Notes: generated by a model from the sequence alone, not told the origin. Counted from the stretch's first letter, positions 38,723-49,160 are shown. The stretch: DNA of 64,000 nucleotides from Spirochaetia bacterium (GCA_963666985.2 CAXXIA010000002.1:896001-960000), one strand, 5' to 3'. Translations and numbers: made by a program.

Positions 38723-39655
38723 ATGATCACAATCTGGAAGCAGAGCAACGGGACGGTAGTTCGTACGGCACTCTTGGAGAAGCATTGCTGGATCAACGTC
38801 GTCCGGCCCGACGAACTGGAAATCGAAACCATGAAGCGGGAATACGGAATCCCGGAAGACATTATTCACGACATCCTCGATGTTGACGAACGTTCAAGAA
38901 GTGAAAAAAACGAAGGATATCATGCCGTAATATTCCGCGTCCCCGTATTCAGCGGGAACGGAAAAGTTCAGTACCATACCGTTCCGCTGGGACTGATAGT
39001 AACCGAAGACGTCTTCATTACGATTTCCCTCACGGAAACGGAGATTATCGATGATTTCTTTAAGAACCGAGTCCAGGGGGTCAGCTTCGATAAACCGGTG
39101 GACATCCTGATCCGTCTGTTTTTAAACACGTCCCGCAGTTACCTCCGGTTTCTTAACGCCATCAACCGGCAGACAGATCTTCTGGAAAACGAGCTTCAGA
39201 GAGCTGTAAAGAACACCGAACTCTTGAAGCTTCTCAGAATGGAGAAGTCCCTGGTTTTTTTCATCACTTCTCTGAGGGCCAATGAGCTCCTCTTCCAGAA
39301 ACTGGAAAAAAACCTTTTTCACAATCTGAATGAACAGGAAGCCGAGCTTTGGGAAGACACCTTAACCGAATCCCGGCAGGCGATGGAAATGGCGAACATC
39401 CACAGCAATATTCTGAGCGGCATGATGGATGCCTTCGCATCGGTTATCTCCAACAACCTGAACGTCGTGATGAAGCGGCTGACCATGATTTCCATTATTC
39501 TGATGATTCCGACTTTTTTCGCCAGCGTTTACGGAATGAACGTGCCGCTCCCCTTCCAGACATCGCCCTTCGCTTTCACGGGGATTCTCGTCGGATCGGG
39601 GATATTGGCTGTGGGAAGCGCCCTTATCTTTACGACAAAGCGGATGTTCCGATAA
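38723..39655 (+). CDS. corA: CorA-family Mg2+/Co2+ transporter
   Basis: WINVVRP, DVDERSR, ISNNLNVVMKRLT, YGMNV, two C-terminal TM helices; ATG 38723 after GGAAGGGAG. Confidence 0.92.
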   Translation: MITIWKQSNGTVVRTALLEKHCWINVVRPDELEIETMKREYGIPEDIIHDILDVDERSRSEKNEGYHAVIFRVPVFSGNGKVQYHTVPLGLIVTEDVFITISLTETEIIDDFFKNRVQGVSFDKPVDILIRLFLNTSRSYLRFLNAINRQTDLLENELQRAVKNTELLKLLRMEKSLVFFITSLRANELLFQKLEKNLFHNLNEQEAELWEDTLTESRQAMEMANIHSNILSGMMDAFASVISNNLNVVMKRLTMISIILMIPTFFASVYGMNVPLPFQTSPFAFTGILVGSGILAVGSALIFTTKRMFR

Positions 39656-40001
39656 GAACTCCAAGGATTTGAATTATCGGCCGAGCAATAACAATTGGAA
39701 TAAAGCGGGAACGGTCCGGCCGGCCTTTTATTCTTTCTCTAACAATTTTCTTACAATCATGTAGGTTTTTGAAGAGAAATACGGCAAAATTCCCGCTATT
39801 TTTTACTTTTCCCCTGCTGTTGTATTGATTCAATAATTGATACGACCTAAGTACACGTATAAGGATCTTTTAAAATACGCAGGCCGAACCGCACGGCGGT
39901 TCGGCCGTTCGGCAGGTTGTTTTATAAGGTTGTTTTATAAACCTCAAACAGCAGAGAATTCCATGTAGCCGAAGAGATTACCTTAACCCAAAGGATTTTG
40001 G

Positions 40002-40757
40002 ATGCTTACGATAAAAAAAGTCAGCAAGCATTTCGGCGGATTACAGGCCCTGAAACATGTCGATATGTCTCTGGAAGACGGTATTATTCACGGGATTATC
40101 GGACCGAACGGATCAGGGAAAACAACACTCTTCAACTGCATAACGGGACTGTTGGAAGTCACATCAGGTCAATTATACCTTAATGACATGGAAATAACCG
40201 GACAGCCGCCTTATCAAATTTCCAACCTCGGGATTCGCCGAACCTTTCAGCAGGGAAAACTCGTCCCCTCACTGTCGGTTATCGAAAACATTATGAGCGG
40301 CATCTTCAGTCTTTCCTCCGGTGATCTAAAAGACACCTTTTTCCGCATGCCGTTTACCCGTTCAAAAAAAGAATCGGACCTTCGTGATGAAGCCATGAAT
40401 GTCTTAAAACTCCTGAAGATGAGTCATTTGGCCCCCCGACCGGCCGCCGATTTGGTCTGGGCCGAACGACAGTTCATTCAATTGGCCCGAGCCCTTATAT
40501 CGAAACCGAAAGTCCTTCTCCTGGATGAACCGGCGGGGGGCATGGGACCGAACGAAACCGAGGAAGTCGGCGGGATTATAAAAAAAATTCGCGAAACGGG
40601 AACAACCGTCGCTGTTGTCAGTCATGATATGAAGATGCTTATGAACGTCGCCGAACGCGTGACTGTTCTCAACTTCGGAGAAATCATTTTCGAAGGAACA
40701 CCCGCCGAAGTCCAAAACGACGCAAAGGTTCTGGAGGCTTATCTTGGAACGGAATAA
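40002..40757 (+). CDS. livG: Branched-chain-amino-acid-type ABC ATPase
   Basis: FGGLQAL, GPNGSGKTT, RTFQ, LLDEPAGG, EAYLG. Confidence 0.88.
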   Translation: MLTIKKVSKHFGGLQALKHVDMSLEDGIIHGIIGPNGSGKTTLFNCITGLLEVTSGQLYLNDMEITGQPPYQISNLGIRRTFQQGKLVPSLSVIENIMSGIFSLSSGDLKDTFFRMPFTRSKKESDLRDEAMNVLKLLKMSHLAPRPAADLVWAERQFIQLARALISKPKVLLLDEPAGGMGPNETEEVGGIIKKIRETGTTVAVVSHDMKMLMNVAERVTVLNFGEIIFEGTPAEVQNDAKVLEAYLGTE

Positions 40758-40761
40758 GCCC

Positions 40762-41460
40762 ATGCTAAAAGTCAGAAACGTATCGGTCGCATACGGGCAC
40801 ATCACGGCGCTCAACAAGATAAATCTGGATGTTTTTCAAGGAGAAATTATCGTCTTAATCGGAGCGAACGGAGCCGGAAAAACAAGCCTTATGGAAACCG
40901 TTCTCGGGGCGCATGTTCCTGAAAACGGCGAAATTGAATTTAAAGGAAAAACGATTCAAGGGATTTCAACGGATAAGAACGTCCGCCAAGGGTTGTTTTT
41001 GGTCCCCGAGGGACGAGGTGTTTTCTCAACGATGTCCGTTTTGGACAACCTCCTTCTCGGCGCGCATCACAATCGGAGAAAAACGCCGGAGAAACTCGAA
41101 CTTGTTTTCGACTATTTTCCCATTCTCTCGGAAAGGCAAACACAGATTGCGGGAACACTCAGCGGCGGAGAGAGACGAATGCTCGCCCTTGCAAGAGCCC
41201 TGATGTCTTCCCCTGATATGATTCTCGTCGACGAACCCTCGCTCGGTCTGGCGCCTCTTGTTGTAAACGATATTTTTAAAATACTCACACGGCTGAACCG
41301 TGAGGGATATTCCATTCTGCTTTCCGAACAGAATATCCATAAGGCGCTGAAAATCGCGCATCGCGGTTATGTTCTCGAAACCGGCAGGATTGTGAAAAGC
41401 GGAACGGCTGAAAATCTGCTGAACGATCCGGCCGTTAAAGAAGCCTATCTGGGAGTTTGA
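40762..41460 (+). CDS. livF: Branched-chain-amino-acid-type ABC ATPase
   Basis: GANGAGKT, VPEGRGVF, LSGGE, DEPSLGLAP, EAYLG. Confidence 0.9.
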   Translation: MLKVRNVSVAYGHITALNKINLDVFQGEIIVLIGANGAGKTSLMETVLGAHVPENGEIEFKGKTIQGISTDKNVRQGLFLVPEGRGVFSTMSVLDNLLLGAHHNRRKTPEKLELVFDYFPILSERQTQIAGTLSGGERRMLALARALMSSPDMILVDEPSLGLAPLVVNDIFKILTRLNREGYSILLSEQNIHKALKIAHRGYVLETGRIVKSGTAENLLNDPAVKEAYLGV

Positions 41461-41463
41461 GGA

Positions 41464-42366
41464 ATGAATGTACTGACGGCGCAATTCTTCAACGGTTTGG
41501 CGATAGGAAGCATCTACGTCCTTTTGGCAACGGGCTTTAATCTGCTTCTGCTTGTTGCAAGAATTATTCATTTCGCCTTTCCGGTCGCGGTGGTCTTCTC
41601 CATGTACATCTCGTGGATACTCATAACGCTTACCGGAAACGTTCTTGCGGGAATTGCCGGCGGAATCGTTTCGGCCGTTCTCATCAATATGCTCACCGCA
41701 CCGATGTTTCAGCACATCATGAACAAGCGGGAATCGGTGGACATCAACACCACCATGGTCCTCTCCATGGGACTGGGAATGATCATCACCGATATTCTCT
41801 CCCATACCTTCAACCAGGGCTTCCCCATCGCCTTCCCCGACACACTGACGGGAAACGATAAAGGAGCGCTGATATCCTCAGGTCTTATCAGCATTTCCCG
41901 AGGACAAATCCTAACACTTGCCGTAGGCGTCGTATTCGTTGTGATTCTTTTTCAGCTTCTCTACAAATCAAGAATTGGAAGAGCTTTCCGCGCCATTGCC
42001 GAAGATCCGAACGAAGCGAAACTCGTGGGAATACCCCTGCTGAAAACAGGCCTGAAGAGCTACGCGCTTACCGGGCTTCTCGGCGGAGTTACCGCCGTCC
42101 TAATGTCCGTTCTGCTCGGTTCCGCCTCCGCGGGACTGGGAGATCAGCTCGGTCATAAAGTTTTGGCCGTTTCGATTATCGCCGGTTTGGGAAACCTCAC
42201 GGGAGGACTGATCGTCGGACTGCTTCTGGGAATCCTGGAAGCGTTGATTCAGGGATATTTTGCGGGCTCCTGGTCGAACGCCATTTCCTTTGCCGTCATG
42301 CTGATTGTGATTCTCGCCAAACCCAGGGGAATCTTCGGCTTGAAACTGAGGTTTCAGGAGATCTGA
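41464..42366 (+). CDS. livH: LivH-type ABC permease
   Basis: NGLAIGSIY, GRAFRAIAED..AKLVGI, KPRGIFG. Confidence 0.85.
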   Translation: MNVLTAQFFNGLAIGSIYVLLATGFNLLLLVARIIHFAFPVAVVFSMYISWILITLTGNVLAGIAGGIVSAVLINMLTAPMFQHIMNKRESVDINTTMVLSMGLGMIITDILSHTFNQGFPIAFPDTLTGNDKGALISSGLISISRGQILTLAVGVVFVVILFQLLYKSRIGRAFRAIAEDPNEAKLVGIPLLKTGLKSYALTGLLGGVTAVLMSVLLGSASAGLGDQLGHKVLAVSIIAGLGNLTGGLIVGLLLGILEALIQGYFAGSWSNAISFAVMLIVILAKPRGIFGLKLRFQEI

Positions 42367-43283
42367 TGACGCTGACGTTATTTTATTACCTGGCAATAAC
42401 CGCGATTTACATTCTCATGAGCTGGTCCGTCTATCTTCCGTATCGAATCGGCCAATTGCATTTTATGACTGTGGCCAACATGGCGATTTCCGCCTATTTC
42501 TCGGCGTTAATGACAATCCATTTTTCCTGGCCTTTTCCTCTGGTTCTCCTTGCCGGAACACTGCTTGGAGCTCTCACCGGATTCGCCGTTTCCACCGCCG
42601 TCGGCGACGCTCCCTGCTTTGCCGTGGTTATCGTCGGTTTTACCTTCATTTATCTGACGAAAACCGTCATTGAAAATGTCGAAATTTTCGGAGGGCCCCT
42701 TGGAATTTTCAATATTCCGAAAATCATCAATTCCTCTTCGGGCAACAGAATTCTATTGATAATAATTGTTTATTTTTTCGTTTTCCTGACGGGATTTTTC
42801 ATCAATCGTTTTGACCGTTCCAAGCTGGGAAGAGCCGCCTCAACGATTTTTGTCGACCGAAATATCGCCGTTTCCTTCGGCGTTAATCCCAAGAAAATCG
42901 GAATGTTTTTACAGACCTGGTCCAGCGCGATCGGCGGTATGTCGGGTGTGCTCTACGCGTTTATAATGCGCGGGATTTCCCCAAATCATTTCACGTTCAA
43001 TTTCATCGGCATCTGCATGACAATACTCTTCGTCGGAGGATATTCCACCATGTGGGGAACCTTATTGGCCGCGCCGATTCTCTGGGGATTTCCGCTTATT
43101 CTTCCGGAAAGCCTGCAGGCCTGGAACATCGTAATCTACGGCATACTGCTCGTTATCATTCTTTTACTCAAACCCGAAGGCATCATTACCCGAGTCATGG
43201 TACAACGAGTGGAAAACATACGGCTTTTCAGCGGAAAAAAAGTGACGCCCAAAAGCCCGTCGAATAAAAAAGCAGCTCAATAA
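42366..43283 (+). CDS. livM: LivM-type ABC permease
   Basis: Hydrophobic; SKLGRA, VGG..TMWG, KPEGI. Confidence 0.82.
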   Translation: MTLTLFYYLAITAIYILMSWSVYLPYRIGQLHFMTVANMAISAYFSALMTIHFSWPFPLVLLAGTLLGALTGFAVSTAVGDAPCFAVVIVGFTFIYLTKTVIENVEIFGGPLGIFNIPKIINSSSGNRILLIIIVYFFVFLTGFFINRFDRSKLGRAASTIFVDRNIAVSFGVNPKKIGMFLQTWSSAIGGMSGVLYAFIMRGISPNHFTFNFIGICMTILFVGGYSTMWGTLLAAPILWGFPLILPESLQAWNIVIYGILLVIILLLKPEGIITRVMVQRVENIRLFSGKKVTPKSPSNKKAAQ

Positions 43284-43293
43284 GGAGAACGAT

Positions 43294-44526
43294 ATGAAAA
43301 AAATCATACACCTGCTCTTCATCTCGTCTTTAATATTATTAACCGTCTCATGCGGCGGTAAAAACGGGAAGAACGAGACCAAAGGAACCGAATCGGCCGA
43401 TCGTGCGGCAGCGGAAGCCGTCGAAACGGCGGAGGTAGTCGTTACGGAATGGAATATTCCATTCCTGAACTGTCTGACGGGGCCCATCGCCGGTATCGGA
43501 GAATATCTGCAATGGGGAGCCGAATATGCGGCCGAGCAAATTAACGCCGAAGGAGGCATTGCCGGCAAACCGGTCAGAATCGAACGAATCGATACGGGAA
43601 TGAGCCCCGAGAAGGGAACCGTGGCCATGTCCAAACTCGTCGAAGACGCCCTGGTTGTCATGGGACCCGTTCCCGAACCGGTCATCATGGCCGCCGTTCC
43701 CATCGCCGCGGAAGAAGGACTGTACTGCTTCACGGCGACAACCTCTTATGAATACGCCGCCGAATATTTTCCTTGGGCCATCTCCTTCTTTCCGCCGACG
43801 GAAGAAAAACTGCAGATCGCCGTTAAAGCCTGGGCGGAAAAAGCCGGCGCCGGGAAAGCCGTCCAATTCGTGGAAAACTACGGCGCCTGGCCGGGCATGG
43901 CCAAGGCTCACGCCCTGGGACTGGAAGCAGCCGGCGCTCAGGTTCTCGAAAACGTGGAAGTGCCGACCGACGCGGTTACATTCGGTCCCCTGGCGGTCAA
44001 AGCACTGGCCCGGAATCCCGATACAATCATCTTCGCCTGCAACGCCGAGAAAGTCGCCAAGATTATCATCGAACTTAAAAACCGCGGCTGGAAGGATATG
44101 AACAAGATCCTTATTTTCTCCTCGGCCGACGACGCGGCTCTGTATACCACCGGCGGCGAAAGCCTGAACGGCGCCATCATCTACAACTTCAGCAACTCCA
44201 ATCTGGATACGCCGCGCTGGAATGAATTCAGCCGCGCCTTCAAAGAAGACCATGAAGGAATGGAGCCCTTCTCCCTGTCTCCCAACTATTACGACGCGGT
44301 ATACATGATCAAACGGGCCATCGAGGAAACCGGCGTTACCGGAGACCCGAACAAGCTGGCCGAAGAGAGGGAAAAGATTATGAAGTACTGCAACGATATT
44401 GAGAAATTCGACGGACTCCAGTTTACATGGACCAACCGCGGAGGCTTCCCCGCCGATAAACCGCTCTTCCTGTTCGAAATTCAGAACGGCAAAAAAATCC
44501 TGGTGGATAAAATTATCCCCGAGTAA
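43294..44526 (+). CDS. LivJ/K-type substrate-binding lipoprotein
   Basis: Lipobox LTVSC; LTGPIA..G, INAEGGIAG, YDAVY. Confidence 0.88.
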   Translation: MKKIIHLLFISSLILLTVSCGGKNGKNETKGTESADRAAAEAVETAEVVVTEWNIPFLNCLTGPIAGIGEYLQWGAEYAAEQINAEGGIAGKPVRIERIDTGMSPEKGTVAMSKLVEDALVVMGPVPEPVIMAAVPIAAEEGLYCFTATTSYEYAAEYFPWAISFFPPTEEKLQIAVKAWAEKAGAGKAVQFVENYGAWPGMAKAHALGLEAAGAQVLENVEVPTDAVTFGPLAVKALARNPDTIIFACNAEKVAKIIIELKNRGWKDMNKILIFSSADDAALYTTGGESLNGAIIYNFSNSNLDTPRWNEFSRAFKEDHEGMEPFSLSPNYYDAVYMIKRAIEETGVTGDPNKLAEEREKIMKYCNDIEKFDGLQFTWTNRGGFPADKPLFLFEIQNGKKILVDKIIPE

Positions 44527-44738
44527 TTTTCAGTTAAGCGACCCCCGCTGCGAGCGCCTCTCGCCGCGGGGGAATCGAAGAAATCCGCGGCATCCAACAC
44601 CGCGATTTTTCTCAGCCGGCCGAATCGCCGTACCGAAGATGGAAGAGTCCGACACTCTTCGGACGAAATCCCCGAATCCTTCCGATCCTTAAACAAACAT
44701 GCGGAAACCGGAGATTATCATAATCCCGCACTCTGATT

Positions 44739-46883
44739 TCAGGCGGATTCCATCGCCAGCGCCAGCAGCGCCGCCCTCTCCAATAGGCTGTGCTTGAGTA
44801 TGAATTCCTCGCCGCGGATCGGTCTGTCTCCCACCGGCCCCAATCCGTCAAGGCGGGGCACACCGTCGGGCACGAAACCGATATCGGCGGCCGACCACCG
44901 GTGTTCTTCCCGCAGCCTGATATCGAGACTGTCGGCCAAAGTCTTCAGCCGCCCGTAGAGTTCCAGAACCGCTTCGTCCTTGTGCATCGGCGGCCTTTCA
45001 TAACCGGCTTCGAATCGAACGTCCAGATAGGAACGAAGAGTTTTCGGCAGTGCCGCCTTGAGTTGTTTCTCCAAATCTTCAATGTGAAGGCGACTGTTGG
45101 AGCAAATACCGATTTCCATAAAACCGGAAGCCCATGGGCCGGTCGGTTCCGTCTTTAGAGATACGCTGCGCGGCGTAATCATCAGTCCTTCCTCGGGTCG
45201 GCTGAGTTTCCAGCAGGCATCCAGCAGTCCGGCAATCCCCCGCCCCGCCTGCAGCACGCCGGAAGCATCCGGATGATTTTCCTTCAGACGAAGATGCACA
45301 GACCGATGTGCCGTCCCGGAACGGGAAGAAACCACTCCGCCGTCGGGGAATGCTCCGTGAAGTCCGAAAACCGTCCGGGCACTCCGAGCATACGGAGCCA
45401 CAGCCGTATTCGAGGTGATTCCTCTCGGATCGTTATGCCCCGTAAGCAAGAGCCCGATGTTCTTACCTTTCAATCGGCGCATTCCTCTGAGAACCTTCAA
45501 TGCCCCGACCGCGACAATCAAACCGCCTTTATGCACCCATGTTCCGCTGCCGTAGAAACGGCCGGAAGTTTCCCGGAACGGAGAGGACTCATCGGAACTC
45601 ATCTCCATATCAAGCCGGCCGAGAAGGAGAATCTCGGGTTCGTCGGAACCGATCTTGAAAATCACGGGGAATACAGATCCGTAACCGGCGGGATACTCTT
45701 CTCGAAAACCCAGGGGTTTTAGGTGGCGGCGAATTTCCTCAAGAACGGCTTGAGCTCCCTCCGTATCTCCGGCCGGAGCCCGGATATGCCCCAAACGCCG
45801 CAGATCGCCTTCCAGTTCATCCTGCCTTGATCGAAGCCAGGCGCGAACCTTTACAGGAAAGGGCAGTCCGGCGGCGGCCGTCCGCGGTTCCGAGGGAATA
45901 AAATCTTCGGAAAAACTTCGTAAAGAAGCGACTTCCAGCATTTTATTCACCAAACTTTGAAAATTGTATCCGGCGACGGCCGCCGCGGTTACATACGAAC
46001 CGTAAACATTAAGACTCGCCATGGAATTAATCTCCAGAATCCAGAGATTTCCATCTCGGTCCATACGAAAATCCACCCTGCTGAAATCACGCAGTCCGAG
46101 AGCGAAAAAGGCACGTGCGGCCAAATCTTTCATTCTTTCGGCGATGCCACCGCCGATTTCGGCGGGACAAATTTTTCCCCTCGGCTTGTACTTCTTGTCT
46201 TCTTCCGATTGAATCGCTTCGGGATCTCCCTCAAGATCTATCTCCAGAACGGGAAAAACTTCCGGATTATGATTGCCCAGAAGCCCGGCGCAGAACTCAC
46301 GCCCGGGAATAAAAACCTCCGCCAAGGCATCCTGACCGAACTCGGAAACAATAAAATCGACACCTTCGCGCAGTTCAATTTCGTTATGACAAATCTTCAG
46401 ACCGAAAGAAACCGATTCCATCCGCGGTTTCACAATCACCGGATAATGAATGTCGTCCGGAATTGCCGAAGACGAAGGGAAAACCCACCATTCCGGTGTC
46501 GGAAGAAGAGCCTTCTGAAGGAGAATTTTCGTTGTAATTTTATCCAGAGCCAAGGCATGTCCGGCGGGCGTGGAACCGACATAAGGAATGCCCAGCATTT
46601 CCAGCAAAGACGGAATATGCGTGTAGCGGTTCTCGCCCTGGATGCCGTAGGCCATGTTGAAGACCATGCCCATGCGCTCGCCTTCCAGCGTTCTGGGCAT
46701 GAAATGCTGCAGCTCTTCGATGACATTGATATTCCCATCGATTACACGGACATTATGGCCTCCGGCAATCAGGGCGTCTTCAACCATCCGTACGGTTTGA
46801 GGATTATAGATTTCCCGGTTGCGGCGTCCGTATGCATTAATAACGCCTTCCATGTCCCGGTTATAGATGAGAGCGGTTTTCAC
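44739..46883 (-). CDS. Fusion of a D-Ala-D-Ala-ligase-like ATP-grasp domain and a degenerate M20 peptidase domain
   Basis: LEMLGIPYVGS..LDK, VIVKP..ES.S.G, FIPGREF, SRVDFR, LEINS; C-half LLGRLD, GSG...KGG, LDGLGP.G..EEFI. Confidence 0.8.
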   Translation of the reverse strand: MKTALIYNRDMEGVINAYGRRNREIYNPQTVRMVEDALIAGGHNVRVIDGNINVIEELQHFMPRTLEGERMGMVFNMAYGIQGENRYTHIPSLLEMLGIPYVGSTPAGHALALDKITTKILLQKALLPTPEWWVFPSSSAIPDDIHYPVIVKPRMESVSFGLKICHNEIELREGVDFIVSEFGQDALAEVFIPGREFCAGLLGNHNPEVFPVLEIDLEGDPEAIQSEEDKKYKPRGKICPAEIGGGIAERMKDLAARAFFALGLRDFSRVDFRMDRDGNLWILEINSMASLNVYGSYVTAAAVAGYNFQSLVNKMLEVASLRSFSEDFIPSEPRTAAAGLPFPVKVRAWLRSRQDELEGDLRRLGHIRAPAGDTEGAQAVLEEIRRHLKPLGFREEYPAGYGSVFPVIFKIGSDEPEILLLGRLDMEMSSDESSPFRETSGRFYGSGTWVHKGGLIVAVGALKVLRGMRRLKGKNIGLLLTGHNDPRGITSNTAVAPYARSARTVFGLHGAFPDGGVVSSRSGTAHRSVHLRLKENHPDASGVLQAGRGIAGLLDACWKLSRPEEGLMITPRSVSLKTEPTGPWASGFMEIGICSNSRLHIEDLEKQLKAALPKTLRSYLDVRFEAGYERPPMHKDEAVLELYGRLKTLADSLDIRLREEHRWSAADIGFVPDGVPRLDGLGPVGDRPIRGEEFILKHSLLERAALLALAMESA

Positions 46884-46908
46884 GTCCGGCTCTTACCGCC
46901 GCGGGGAT

Positions 46909-47112
46909 TCAGCGAAGAAAACCTTCTTCCAAGGCCAAATCATATTCATCCGGATAATCTTCCAGATCATCAACATCGATATTATAGATTTCGTAATATT
47001 CATAATCAGGATCGTCTTGAAAACGATCCAACTCACGCTCGGCATCTTTCCTGCTGTCGAATACAGAGAAAACCTTTACACCGTCGGTCACGAACCACAA
47101 CTGAGACTGCAT
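46909..47112 (-). CDS. Small, highly acidic hypothetical protein (67 aa)
   Basis: Strong SD GGAGG; 21 of 67 residues are D/E; ends 25 bp before the ATP-grasp gene. Confidence 0.7.
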   Translation of the reverse strand: MQSQLWFVTDGVKVFSVFDSRKDAERELDRFQDDPDYEYYEIYNIDVDDLEDYPDEYDLALEEGFLR

Positions 47113-47451
47113 GGCAAACCTCCATGGGAAGAGATCAGTGAACGGATATTAAGCGAGAAGATCAGCAAACAACGGATTTCCTGCATTCCGGCTTCCAACT
47201 CACTACTTATACCCCGCACCATTCCTCAAACAGGGAATCATCCCTTCCAGGAAACAAAAAAGATATAAGCAGACATTGTTAGCCTTAAGGGTCCTTTGTC
47301 TGCCGCGTTATTGTTTTGATACAGTGGAAAGTTCAGCCTCGTCAAGAGAGAGTTTAAGTATGACCAATCTGTAATCATCCTGAAAGGAAACGGCAAGTTC
47401 CGATGAGTAGCTTTAAGAGGAATAATGCGAATGTTATCGGAGGTTCCAAAG

Positions 47452-48975
47452 ATGAAACTTATACAGAATAAATTGATTCGAACCATTGTTTTGGTTCTCG
47501 CGGTCGGCGTGCTTTCCGTTGGAGGCGGATTCCTGGGAAGCAGGCTCGCAAGTCCGTCTTCACCACAGGGCTCATCGGAACTGGTTATGCATGATTCCGC
47601 CGGTGTTCAAAAAGCCCCTTCAAGAGGAACAGGCGGCACAATCGAAGGTGATGCGGTCTCATCGGCATTCCAGGAACGCTTCCGTTCCGTGGCATCTTCC
47701 ACTCTTCCGGTGGTGGTTGAACTTAACGTAATGAATACCGTTACTCAGCCGGTCGCCATCTCCCCTTTTGATTTCTTTTTCGGTACGCCCAACGGCAGGC
47801 AGCCTCGGGAAAGGGAATACACCCAGAGAGGACTCGGCTCCGGCGTTATCGTCGCCCGCAGCGGAGATACCCTCTATGTGCTTACCAACAACCATGTGGC
47901 CGGCGATGCGGATGAAATAGAAGTTGTTTTGGATGACGAGAGAGTCTATGAAGGCTCCCTGGTGGGAAGCGACGAGCTGATGGACCTGGCTCTGGTTTCT
48001 TTCCGTACGGCCGATGATATCCCCGTGGCGAGCTTGGGTGATTCGGATGCCCTGGAAGTGGGCGACTGGGTTTTCGCGGTGGGAAATCCCCTCGGATTCC
48101 AATCCTCCGTTACCGCCGGTATCGTCAGCGCCAAATACCGCAACGCCCAGCCGGGCTCCGGAACCTCGGGCGTTACCTCCTACATCCAGACCGACGCGGC
48201 GATTAATCAGGGGAATTCCGGCGGCGCCCTTGTCGATATGAACGGGAATGTCGTCGGCATCAACACGTGGATCGCCTCACAGAACGGCGGGAGTATCGGC
48301 TTGGGTTTCGCCATTCCCATCAACGCCGCCAAAAAGGCGATATCCGATTTCATTGAAAGCGGTTCGGTTTCCTACTCCTGGCTGGGAGTACAAACCGGTG
48401 ATCCGAGCGGCGAACTTTCCGCCGATTTGGGAATCGAAGGAGTAAAAGGAGCTTTTGTATACGGAGTCTATGCCGATTCCCCGGCGGGGAAATCGGGTCT
48501 TCTGCCCGGCGATCTGATCGTCTCAATCGACGGGAAGGACATCCCGGACGGAAATGCGCTTGTTCGCACCGTAGCGGCCCTTGATCCGGGGAAACCGGCG
48601 GTTTTCCAACTCCGGCGCGGCGGCGATTTTACGGAAGTAACCGTGCGGACCGAACGCCGCGGCGAAAACAGCGGCAGCGATGCCTCGAAACTGTGGCCGG
48701 GCATCTCCGTAGTTCCTCTTACGGACGATCTTAAGAAACAGCTTTCCCTGGACAGATCCGATCAGGGCGTCGTTGTGGCGGGAATCAATACCGAGAGCGT
48801 CGCCGGAGGCGGCGGACTGCAGCAGGGCGATCTGGTAACGGAGGTAAACGGAACAGCGGTCCGCTCGGCCAAGGACTTTTACAGCGGAATAGGCCGCGAC
48901 GGCGAGGATGTTACCTTCCGCGTAAAGAGAGCCGGAAAATCGCTGATCTTCGGTTTCGAAAAACCCTCTCCGTAA
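47452..48975 (+). CDS. degP: DegP/HtrA serine protease with two PDZ domains
   Basis: GLGSGVI, TNNHV, DLA, GNPLG, QTDAAINQGNSGG; ATG 47452 after GGAGG. Confidence 0.92.
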   Translation: MKLIQNKLIRTIVLVLAVGVLSVGGGFLGSRLASPSSPQGSSELVMHDSAGVQKAPSRGTGGTIEGDAVSSAFQERFRSVASSTLPVVVELNVMNTVTQPVAISPFDFFFGTPNGRQPREREYTQRGLGSGVIVARSGDTLYVLTNNHVAGDADEIEVVLDDERVYEGSLVGSDELMDLALVSFRTADDIPVASLGDSDALEVGDWVFAVGNPLGFQSSVTAGIVSAKYRNAQPGSGTSGVTSYIQTDAAINQGNSGGALVDMNGNVVGINTWIASQNGGSIGLGFAIPINAAKKAISDFIESGSVSYSWLGVQTGDPSGELSADLGIEGVKGAFVYGVYADSPAGKSGLLPGDLIVSIDGKDIPDGNALVRTVAALDPGKPAVFQLRRGGDFTEVTVRTERRGENSGSDASKLWPGISVVPLTDDLKKQLSLDRSDQGVVVAGINTESVAGGGGLQQGDLVTEVNGTAVRSAKDFYSGIGRDGEDVTFRVKRAGKSLIFGFEKPSP

Positions 48976-49091
48976 GATTCCCCGGAGCACCGCGCTCCCT
49001 TGGATAATAAGGGTTAATTCACTAAAAATCCCGCTTGAGCGGCCATACCGCGCGAGCGGGATCATTTTTTATTTCCCATCCCCTAAACCTT

Positions 49092-49108
49092 CATTTTACT
49101 GTAAAATG
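49092..49108. promoter_or_regulatory. Palindromic operator upstream of the acyl-CoA ligase
   Basis: CATTTTAC-T-GTAAAATG perfect palindrome. Confidence 0.55.
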
Positions 49109-49160
49109 TAAAAATAAAACCGCATGAGGCTCTCTTAGAAGACCCCAAAGGGGACTAATC

